DNA of 64,000 bases, taken from positions 64,001-128,000 of the IMG/VR virus record IMGVR_UViG_3300030117_007612, one strand, 5' to 3'. Source of the DNA: a virus. Its lineage: Duplodnaviria > Caudoviricetes. The translations under genes and the position numbers were made by a program. Position 1 is the stretch's first letter; every line of letters starts with the position of its first letter. Below the pieces are notes generated by a model. It was not told the origin of the DNA. It saw only the letters and a list, made by a program, of their open reading frames with translations, and ran no database searches. This document shows positions 51,039 through 58,699 of the stretch, in pieces.

Positions 51039-52976
51039 ATGGGGTTCAAACCGGGAAAGGGCGAAATTGCTGAAACTTTTAAAATCAGCGATGGAAGCAT
51101 AAAAGTAAAAGAGCAAGCAAATGCTGAAGCAGATGAAGCTGCTTACGGACAACTTTGGGTTAAATCAAATACTCCGTGCGATTTGTTTTTCACTGACGAC
51201 AGTGGCCAAGATATTCGATTAACTAACGACGGTGCTTTAGCTAGCTCTGGTGGCACGCTATCTGGCCTAGGCAGTACTGACAATGCCGTGCTGCGTGCAA
51301 ATGGCACCGGTGGCGAAACAGCCCAAGGGTCTGCAGCAACGATTACCGATGCCGGCGTTGTGTCTGGCAGCTCATATACGGGCTTTGCAACCCGCACAGA
51401 AAAAGTTGAGGTTACATCAGTCTCTGCATCCAGTGCTCAAGCAGCAACACTTTCTGGATCAGCAGCAACACTTGATAATTTAACCCTTGGAAACACCGCT
51501 GTTACATCAGATGCCGGCGAATTAAACCTACTTGACGGCAGCAGTGCCGGCTCGATTGCAAACAGTAAAGCTGTTGTTTATAGCTCAGTTGGAATTGTAA
51601 CAGGAAGCTCTCACAAAGCTTTCTCTGCAATTGCTACAGAAGGGGAATTTGCAACATCAGTTTCCTCCTCTCTGCATTTAGGCTCTATGATTTCCGCAAG
51701 CTTAACTGTTAGCGGCGGCCAACATCAAGGGTTTAGAGGTGACTTCGCGTTACTGTCTGGGTCTTCTGTCACAGTCGATAACGTCACGATTAAGAACACC
51801 GGCAGAGTAACCGGCAGCTTTATTGATTATAATTACGCTTTCGAACCCGACGCAGTAATCACTGCGCTTGAAATTGACGTTGACAAGGTAACCGCCACTA
51901 CGTCAAGTAATTTAATAACAGGGATTAAGGTTGATCTCGACAACACAACGGCCACTAACGGTACGAACACGATGATTGGCGGAAGCTTTACTCCAACATT
52001 AACGCACGCAGCGGATGCCGGAATATCGATTGTAAAAGGTGTTGAGATTGTGGCAACTGCCGGCGGCAATGGCCAAGGCACAGCCAGAGGCATCGAGATT
52101 AAATCTTCTGGTGGAGACTATAATCAAGGAATTTATATGAACGTTGCTAACGGTGGCGTAGACCTGAAGTGTGTAAGCTCTGCGGACGCTGGTGACTTCT
52201 TTACAATCTCTTGCGGTACCAATGGTGAAACAACACTTAAAACTAATGACGACGATGATGGAAATGCCAATTTTATTTGTGAAGCCGATGGCAATTTTAA
52301 AATTGACGCTAAAAATATCATTAAACTTGATTCTGAAATTGGCGACATACACTTTTTAGATAATGGCACTACTATGCTCGCCATTGATCTTGACAGCACC
52401 TCTGGATCAATCGGCGCCGACTTAATTTTCAAAGTCGAAGATGATGCCAAGAACTTAGTATTCCAGCAGAACAATGGTTCTGAGGTCGCAAGAATTCAAC
52501 ACACTGGTTCACTGGGATCAAACTGGAGAAGTGTAGAGCCGGGCCTCAACCACAAAAGGCAGGTGTTGGAAGTTTTGGCCGACGGCGCATCAGTAACGGC
52601 CACTCTCGCAGCATCGAATAGCGGGTGCATTGTGCTAGCAATACCCGTTAATGATGATATTGTAATTGTTTTACCCGCGGGTACCCCGGGCCTGTTCTAT
52701 GATATTTGGCTGGGTGAAGACGTTCCAAGTGGCAAAACTGTTAAAATTCGAACAAACGGAACAGACAACAATGATAGCATATATGGCTACTTTACTGTGC
52801 CCGCCGGCGGCAGTGGTGACGAAGTGACTTTTGACTTTACTGGCGACGTCTTAACCCTACAGGCAAACACAGCCAAGGGTGCGTGGGTTAAAGTAACCAA
52901 CGTTGTCGGCGGATCAAATGAAATTTGGCATGCTGAAGTCATCTCACAAACTGTTGCTCTGGTTGACAACTCATAG
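51039..52976 (+). CDS. Fibre/spike-like structural protein (mosaic)
   Basis: G/S/T/A-rich; TSDAGELNLLDG motif; shares modules with 56414 and 58699. Confidence 0.6.
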   Translation: MGFKPGKGEIAETFKISDGSIKVKEQANAEADEAAYGQLWVKSNTPCDLFFTDDSGQDIRLTNDGALASSGGTLSGLGSTDNAVLRANGTGGETAQGSAATITDAGVVSGSSYTGFATRTEKVEVTSVSASSAQAATLSGSAATLDNLTLGNTAVTSDAGELNLLDGSSAGSIANSKAVVYSSVGIVTGSSHKAFSAIATEGEFATSVSSSLHLGSMISASLTVSGGQHQGFRGDFALLSGSSVTVDNVTIKNTGRVTGSFIDYNYAFEPDAVITALEIDVDKVTATTSSNLITGIKVDLDNTTATNGTNTMIGGSFTPTLTHAADAGISIVKGVEIVATAGGNGQGTARGIEIKSSGGDYNQGIYMNVANGGVDLKCVSSADAGDFFTISCGTNGETTLKTNDDDDGNANFICEADGNFKIDAKNIIKLDSEIGDIHFLDNGTTMLAIDLDSTSGSIGADLIFKVEDDAKNLVFQQNNGSEVARIQHTGSLGSNWRSVEPGLNHKRQVLEVLADGASVTATLAASNSGCIVLAIPVNDDIVIVLPAGTPGLFYDIWLGEDVPSGKTVKIRTNGTDNNDSIYGYFTVPAGGSGDEVTFDFTGDVLTLQANTAKGAWVKVTNVVGGSNEIWHAEVISQTVALVDNS

Positions 52977-52992
52977 AGGATATAAGTAGGCG

Positions 52993-53217
52993 ATGCCATA
53001 CACATCATCAGGCAAGTGCGTTTATAAAAAAAACAAAGATGGCTCTCGTGGTAAAAAAGTGGGATGTACAAAGGGTCCCGTAAAGCAGTACCTTAAGGCT
53101 TTGTATGCTAATACCGATGAGGGCTTGGATAAAACTGTAACAGAAGAAACAATGAGACTAATTATTAGAGAAGAATTACAAGAATATCTAAAGGAGATTA
53201 CAAATGACAATGGATGA
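52993..53217 (+). CDS. Small basic protein with C-terminal IIREE helix
   Basis: MPYTSSGKCVYKK...GC...; C-terminal TEETMRLIIREELQEYLKE. Confidence 0.65.
   Translation: MPYTSSGKCVYKKNKDGSRGKKVGCTKGPVKQYLKALYANTDEGLDKTVTEETMRLIIREELQEYLKEITNDNG
53158..53165 (+). promoter_or_regulatory. CTANTTA box (putative late promoter) upstream of the tubulin gene
   Basis: CTAATTAT embedded in the upstream ORF, starting 46 nt before ATG 53204. Confidence 0.35.
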
Positions 53218-54253
53218 TTTTGATTTTATAGATCACTATGGCGAAGCCGAAGAGGTAGCCAACGAAGATCAGCTACCAGATAACGAAGTTGGCTCATCGC
53301 TAAACTGTGCTATTATTGGCGTTGGTGGAGGGGGCGGCAAAATGGCAAAAGCCTTTTTAGATATCGGCTACAATAAAACATTGTTGATTAATACTACTCC
53401 AAAAGATATCCCAAGCGACGTCGATGAATCACATGTAGTGCTGATTCCGGATGCTGATGGGATCGGAAAAGATGTCAGCTTGGGTAAATCCGTACTTGAC
53501 GCCAATAGCGCCGTTGTTGAAGATGCCTTGCGGACAAAACTTGGCAAGGTTGATTGGCTTATCGTATTATCAGGCGGTGGCGGAGGTACTGGTAGTGCCA
53601 CTGCTTCATTGCATTCTGTTTTCGAAAGATACTTAAAATCTGTTCAGGCCGATGGTGACATACTTTATGTCGCATCGTGGCCAACAGCACAAGAGTGCTT
53701 GAATCCCACAATTAGCAAAAATGCACTGTCACTTATTAATGACGTATCAAAGCACTCGCACATTGTGATCGACAATGAAAGGCAGGTTAAGTTACTCAGA
53801 GGCAAGGTTGGCATGCTTGGAATGTTTCCGTTTGCCAATACGGCGTTTGCCAAGCTTTTAACGCAGGTGCTCAGATTGTCTGCAGAACAGTCACCAATCC
53901 AGTCTTTTGATTCAAAAGATCTTGCTAGGTGCTTAAGCACAGATGGTAGAATGTTTATTGGGTCTACGATGATTGCTGACCCGGCCAGTCCCAACCTTGG
54001 ATCGATGATTTTACAAAATTGCCTGAAGCGCTCTCCCTGCCCGCAGCCCTCTGGGCGCCCAAAAACAGGCACACTACTATTGGTGGTGAGCCCTGAGATG
54101 GCGTCTGATCCAGAGATCAGCAAGCACCTAGATAATGCAATTTCGTACGTCGGAGGAAGAACAGAGACACTTTTTTCCGGAGTCTATGTTAAAGAGAACG
54201 TACCGGGCTTGGTTGCTATCTTGTGCATGAATGGTTTACCCAAAGGAAATTAG
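53204..54253 (+). CDS. Tubulin/FtsZ-family GTPase (PhuZ/TubZ/CetZ-like)
   Basis: GVGGGGGK, INTT, GIGKD, signature SGGGGGTGS, IVIDNE, FPFANT and T7-loop-like SFDSKDL. Confidence 0.92.
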   Translation: MTMDDFDFIDHYGEAEEVANEDQLPDNEVGSSLNCAIIGVGGGGGKMAKAFLDIGYNKTLLINTTPKDIPSDVDESHVVLIPDADGIGKDVSLGKSVLDANSAVVEDALRTKLGKVDWLIVLSGGGGGTGSATASLHSVFERYLKSVQADGDILYVASWPTAQECLNPTISKNALSLINDVSKHSHIVIDNERQVKLLRGKVGMLGMFPFANTAFAKLLTQVLRLSAEQSPIQSFDSKDLARCLSTDGRMFIGSTMIADPASPNLGSMILQNCLKRSPCPQPSGRPKTGTLLLVVSPEMASDPEISKHLDNAISYVGGRTETLFSGVYVKENVPGLVAILCMNGLPKGN

Positions 54254-54267
54254 CGGGAGATGTTAAA

Positions 54268-54735
54268 ATGAAAATAAGCAGACACCGCCTCATGCAGATT
54301 ATTCAAGAAGAGTATGATATAATGTTGCGTTCTGAAAAAAAAGAACGACTTGACGAAAGTGTTGTTTTAGAAGCTTCCATGTCTCAAAGCGAGGTGGCTC
54401 TCGCTTCAATTGAATCGGCGATTAACGGCACCTTGCACAATTTGTTAAAAGACTTTGTAGCTGAAACGGAAATTAAAAGCATTGTCGATAGTGCAGCTGA
54501 CGCCGTTGCAGGCAGGATTGGCATTGAGCTAGAAAGCATATATAATGAAAAGCAGGCACCTCTTGAGGAGGTGGTGATGACTCAAGAGCCAATGGATATT
54601 CTAGAAGAATTAAGAAGCTTGACAAATAAGTTATCATCGATATCCGGCAACGCACAGCCGTTTGAAAATATAGCATCGGATATGATAATACAGATTAATG
54701 ATTTAGAGGAAATTTTAACAACGGAGAAGGAATGA
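54268..54735 (+). CDS. IIxEE-leader family protein
   Basis: Start corrected to ATG 54268 (GGGAG SD): MKISRHRLMQIIQEEY. Confidence 0.7.
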   Translation: MKISRHRLMQIIQEEYDIMLRSEKKERLDESVVLEASMSQSEVALASIESAINGTLHNLLKDFVAETEIKSIVDSAADAVAGRIGIELESIYNEKQAPLEEVVMTQEPMDILEELRSLTNKLSSISGNAQPFENIASDMIIQINDLEEILTTEKE

Positions 54736-55067
54736 TAGAGTTGCTTAATTTATTGTGGTTTGTACTGGCGGCGTATGGTTTAACTCAAATTCTTATTTAC
54801 GGAACAATTTTCAACAAGATAAGGCCGACTAAACAGTGGCTTAATGGATTTGGAGAATTATTCCACTGCCCCATGTGTATGGGTTTTTGGGTTGGCGTAT
54901 TTTTATGCGGCGTTAGTACGTATACGCAACTATTTACGTTTGAGACATCTTTAATAAATTATTTTATTTTAGGTTGTGTTAGTTCAGGTACATCATATAT
55001 CCTGAACGTTTTATTTTGCGATAACGGAATACAAATAGGAGTTAGAAATGGGAAAGACATGGACTAG
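54732..55067 (+). CDS. Small membrane protein with CxxC (DUF1360-like)
   Basis: Three hydrophobic segments and LFHCPMCMGFW, resembling the DUF1360 C-P-x-C-x-x-x-W motif. Confidence 0.55.
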   Translation: MIELLNLLWFVLAAYGLTQILIYGTIFNKIRPTKQWLNGFGELFHCPMCMGFWVGVFLCGVSTYTQLFTFETSLINYFILGCVSSGTSYILNVLFCDNGIQIGVRNGKDMD

Positions 55068-55113
55068 TAAATGGATGTTGCAGCCAGTTCGCCATTGCTG
55101 CAAGGGGAGTTAG
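55048..55113 (+). CDS. Putative 21-aa microprotein
   Basis: MGKTWTSKWMLQPVRHCCKGS*; AGGAG SD upstream; stop 2 nt before the protease ATG. Confidence 0.45.
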   Translation: MGKTWTSKWMLQPVRHCCKGS

Positions 55114-55115
55114 CT

Positions 55116-55721
55116 ATGGGTAAGGTACTTTTACGAGAATTTTATGAATTATGTGAAGGGGGCGTCTGTCAGGATCTTTTAACCGAGGAAGAGAAGAGGT
55201 TTGTGGCCGGCGGCGGTATGATTTTGTCTGGAATTATGCAAAAATCAGACACTGTTAATGGAAATGGAAGAATTTATCCACACAAAGTTCTTGTTCGTGA
55301 GGTTGAAAACTACTCTAAGCTTGTAAAAGAGCGACGAGCGCTCGGAGAATTAGACCACCCAGACGACTCAGTGATCAATCTTAAGAATGCATCACACCTT
55401 TGCACCAGCATATGGTGGGAGGGGCAAGATGTCATGGGCAAGGTTAGAATTTTGGACACACCATCTGGAAAAGTACTGCAAGAGCTTGTAAAATCAGGTG
55501 TTAGCCTCGGAATTTCTTCAAGAGGAATGGGTTCTGTTAAAGAAAGCCAAAATGGCACAATTGTTGAAGATGATTTTCAGTTAATTTGTTTTGATTTTGT
55601 ATCAGAACCCTCAACACCCGGCGCCTACATGATGAAAGAGTCTAAAAGCTTAAAAGAATCAAACATCTTCACAAAAGCAGATAAAATCAACAGATTAATC
55701 AACGAGGCTCTAGATGAATAA
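55116..55721 (+). CDS. Prohead core protein protease (T4 gp21-like)
   Basis: NGNGRIYP, GELDHP (catalytic His), GISSRGMGS (catalytic Ser), DFVSEPS; start corrected to ATG 55116 (GGGGAG SD). Confidence 0.96.
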   Translation: MGKVLLREFYELCEGGVCQDLLTEEEKRFVAGGGMILSGIMQKSDTVNGNGRIYPHKVLVREVENYSKLVKERRALGELDHPDDSVINLKNASHLCTSIWWEGQDVMGKVRILDTPSGKVLQELVKSGVSLGISSRGMGSVKESQNGTIVEDDFQLICFDFVSEPSTPGAYMMKESKSLKESNIFTKADKINRLINEALDE

Positions 55722-56130
55722 GGCAGATTTAAAGAAGCTTATAAAACCACTAGTGAAAGAGTGCGTACAAGAAACCCTTCTAGAAGAAGGGTTGCTTTCT
55801 GGAATTGTAAGTGAGGTGGTAAAAGGAGTTTCCTCGGCACCACCAATCGTCGAGAAGGCAAAAACAGCAAAAACAGCACCGAAACAAGAACTTGATTACA
55901 AAAGAATAGCAGAGACCAAAAAGAAGATAAATCAACACCAAAAAAGACTATTAGACGCCATCGGCTCAGACGCCTACAATGGCGTTGATTTATTTGAGGG
56001 TACAAAACCGATTTCTGATAGCGGTGCCCCCAAGCCGGGCTCAACTGATTTGGGAGAACATGACGATCCGGGTGTTCCTTTCGCCGGACCATTGGCTGAA
56101 GCTTCCAAAATGTGGGGTAAATTAGTTTAA
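55714..56130 (+). CDS. Head-module protein with leader-helix variant
   Basis: MNKADLKKLIKPLVKECVQETLLEE. Confidence 0.65.
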   Translation: MNKADLKKLIKPLVKECVQETLLEEGLLSGIVSEVVKGVSSAPPIVEKAKTAKTAPKQELDYKRIAETKKKINQHQKRLLDAIGSDAYNGVDLFEGTKPISDSGAPKPGSTDLGEHDDPGVPFAGPLAEASKMWGKLV

Positions 56131-56361
56131 ATGAGAAAAAAATGTAATGTACATTTAAAATCCAGAAGAAACGAGCCGGCAGATCGGCTTATTAGAAGGT
56201 TTATAAAAAAAGTAAAAAAAGAGAAGATTGTTGAAGAAGTTAGAGATCGAAAGCATTATAAAAAGCCATCGGTCAAAAAGAAGCAAAAGAGGATTAAAGC
56301 CCAACGCGAAAGGAAAAGACAAGAAGCCCGACGGTTAAGACGTCGGCAAAGGCGCAAATAG
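56131..56361 (+). CDS. rpsU: Phage-encoded 30S ribosomal protein bS21
   Basis: NEPADRLIRRFIKK...EEVRDRKHYKKPS matches the bS21 pattern NE..D..LRRF.....EVR.R..Y.KP; highly basic. Confidence 0.9.
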   Translation: MRKKCNVHLKSRRNEPADRLIRRFIKKVKKEKIVEEVRDRKHYKKPSVKKKQKRIKAQRERKRQEARRLRRRQRRK

Positions 56362-56372
56362 TTTTATTTTAA

Positions 56373-56380
56373 CTATTTAT
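56373..56380 (+). promoter_or_regulatory. CTANTTA box (putative late promoter)
   Basis: CTATTTAT before 56414. Confidence 0.5.
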
Positions 56381-56413
56381 GTTTAAGTATCAGTATGTGG
56401 AGTATGTGAGTAG

Positions 56414-58699
56414 ATGGGAATAGGATGGGCATATATCGATTGTGATCCCGAGATTGTAACGGGATCGACCGGGCCAACTGGCTCAGTTATGTTTAAAGAT
56501 GGCCATAGATCTATTCGTGGTCAAGAAGAGCTTATGTGGATCCGCCCGGCCGCAGCTATCTCTGAGGGATTTACAATTGCATCGGGCAGTGCGTACACAA
56601 GCACACTCGACGTCGGCGCCACCTTCCACCCGCCATTCCTCCAAGTATCAGGAAACATAAGAGTTAGCGGCACAATTTTTGCAAACAGTTTCGATGTTAT
56701 AACAACAACTTTAACTGAGATACATCAGTCTGGATCAACCAGCTTTGGTCAGGGTGTTAACCGCGATAAACACAGCTTTTCAGGTTCCTTACAGGTAACA
56801 GGCGCCAGCACGCTGAATGCAATAAATTCATATGTTTTAGATAGATTTGGAATTGGCGAAAAAGAACCGAAATCTACACCTCACAGCGCAGGGTCTTCGA
56901 ATGATGCGAAGGCAGAAATATCAGTTGCTGATGGCGAGGCTTTAACGGCACTTGTAATCGATGCGAATGATGTCGATGAAGTAGCAATGCACATCGAAGC
57001 AGCACAAACAACCGCTAATGTTTTAGAAATTACAGCAGATGCAGTGACAACAGCAAATGTAATTGATGTTTCAGCAGACGCTCTAACTTCAGGCGCCGCG
57101 ATGAAAATTCAAGACAACTCAGCAAACAACACTTCCAGAGATTTAGTGCTTATTCATCAACAACACGCTAGCGCTACCTCAGCTACTGCATTGAAAGTTA
57201 TATCTGCAGGCGCCCAGACTGGAATGCTCTTGGACAAGAACTATTCGAGCGTTAATGCATCGACCGTCACTGGCTTCACTATTGACTTAGATAAAACTGG
57301 CACTTCGACTACTGCGAACACGATCTATGGGGCTACCATCGACGTGGATAACACAACAGCAACAGCCGGCGTCAATAACATGACTGGTATTCAGGTGACC
57401 CCGACCTTGACACATGCTGCAAACGCCGGCACGCCAACTGTAAAAGGCGCAGTCATTACTGCAACCGGCGGTGGCAACGGCACATCAGCCGCCACCGGCA
57501 TGGAGTTGACTGCTACTGGCGCCGATACCAACAAGGGTCTCATAATCAACTGTGCTGATGGAGGTCAGGATTTGCTAATTGTTAGCTCTGCCGACACCGC
57601 GGACTATTTTGCAATTGAAGTAACAGCCGCCGGCGCAACCACCCTTAAAACGTATGAGGATGGCTCCGATCACGGCGCAGATCTTACAATGGATATTGAT
57701 GGCGCAATTAAGATTGACGGCGACGGGGTTGAGATAGAAAATGATTCAGACTCGGGAGCAACGGCCCTTCTTATTGATAATGATGATACAGACGCGATTG
57801 CCCTTAGTATCGCCGCTGAGAATATTGATGCGAATGTTGTTGATATTGCAGCAGATGCGGTTACAACTGCTAAGGCGCTTAATATTTCAGCGGATGCGCT
57901 CACGACTGGTACTGCGTTTTATGTCGAAAGCGAATCAACGAACAACAGCACTAGAAATGTAGCAGCAGTTGTGCAAAACGCCGGCGCTGCCATTAACGCC
58001 ACTGCGCTACTTGTACAATCTGATAGTAACGGCGGCGTTGCTGGCATTAAAATTGATAGAAATGCAAACGGTACTGCAGCTGTTGATGCTGTAACCGGTC
58101 TTCAAATCGATCTAGATCAGACTGGAGAGATCACAAGCGCCACCGGTGTTGTGGTTGGAATCCAAACAGATATCGAAACCAACGTCGCCGGCGACGGCAC
58201 GTTAAATTCCTATGGTCACAGAATTGTGATGACCGGCGATGCTGATGGAACACATACAAACACTGGCCTTTCAATTAATTTAGGTCAGGCCGACATCAAC
58301 ACTCATATTGAGTTACTTTCTTCCGCCGATACCGGCGATAAATGCACGATTTCAACAGGTCTCGCCGGCGCAACAACAATTTTAACGGTTGATGATGATG
58401 GTGCGGACGCCCATCTTACAATAAATCCCGATGGCAATTTACTTCTTAATGCTGCTGGTGACATTATAGTCGATCCAACTGGCAATGATATTCTTCCTCT
58501 TAACGATAATGACATTAGCTTGGGTTCTGCTTCGAATCGATGGGCGCACATTTATACAACACTTATTACAACTGGTGACCTTCGTTTAAATAATGATAGA
58601 GGCGATTGGTTGATTGTCGAGGAAGCAGACTATTTGAGTATAAGGAATCAAAAAACAGGAAAGCTGTACAAATTCGTATTAGAGGAGATTAAAGAGTAA
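56414..58699 (+). CDS. Fibre-like structural protein
   Basis: A/T/G/D-rich beta repeats; C-terminal RWAHIYT..ITTGDLRLNN.RGDW...TGKLYKFVLEEI resembles the C-terminal domain of T4-like cyanophage fibres. Confidence 0.7.
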   Translation: MGIGWAYIDCDPEIVTGSTGPTGSVMFKDGHRSIRGQEELMWIRPAAAISEGFTIASGSAYTSTLDVGATFHPPFLQVSGNIRVSGTIFANSFDVITTTLTEIHQSGSTSFGQGVNRDKHSFSGSLQVTGASTLNAINSYVLDRFGIGEKEPKSTPHSAGSSNDAKAEISVADGEALTALVIDANDVDEVAMHIEAAQTTANVLEITADAVTTANVIDVSADALTSGAAMKIQDNSANNTSRDLVLIHQQHASATSATALKVISAGAQTGMLLDKNYSSVNASTVTGFTIDLDKTGTSTTANTIYGATIDVDNTTATAGVNNMTGIQVTPTLTHAANAGTPTVKGAVITATGGGNGTSAATGMELTATGADTNKGLIINCADGGQDLLIVSSADTADYFAIEVTAAGATTLKTYEDGSDHGADLTMDIDGAIKIDGDGVEIENDSDSGATALLIDNDDTDAIALSIAAENIDANVVDIAADAVTTAKALNISADALTTGTAFYVESESTNNSTRNVAAVVQNAGAAINATALLVQSDSNGGVAGIKIDRNANGTAAVDAVTGLQIDLDQTGEITSATGVVVGIQTDIETNVAGDGTLNSYGHRIVMTGDADGTHTNTGLSINLGQADINTHIELLSSADTGDKCTISTGLAGATTILTVDDDGADAHLTINPDGNLLLNAAGDIIVDPTGNDILPLNDNDISLGSASNRWAHIYTTLITTGDLRLNNDRGDWLIVEEADYLSIRNQKTGKLYKFVLEEIKE

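Noticed and set aside
53204-54253. Bacterial ftsZ implying a host chromosome
   Set aside because: There is no dcw cluster and no FtsZ C-terminal peptide, and it is flanked by phage head genes; chimallin was also not recognised in the window.
55050-55056. GGGAAAG -1 slippery site joining the DUF1360-like ORF to the downstream peptide
   Set aside because: The heptamer is in the wrong phase (GGG AAA G) and the peptide is in the +1 frame.
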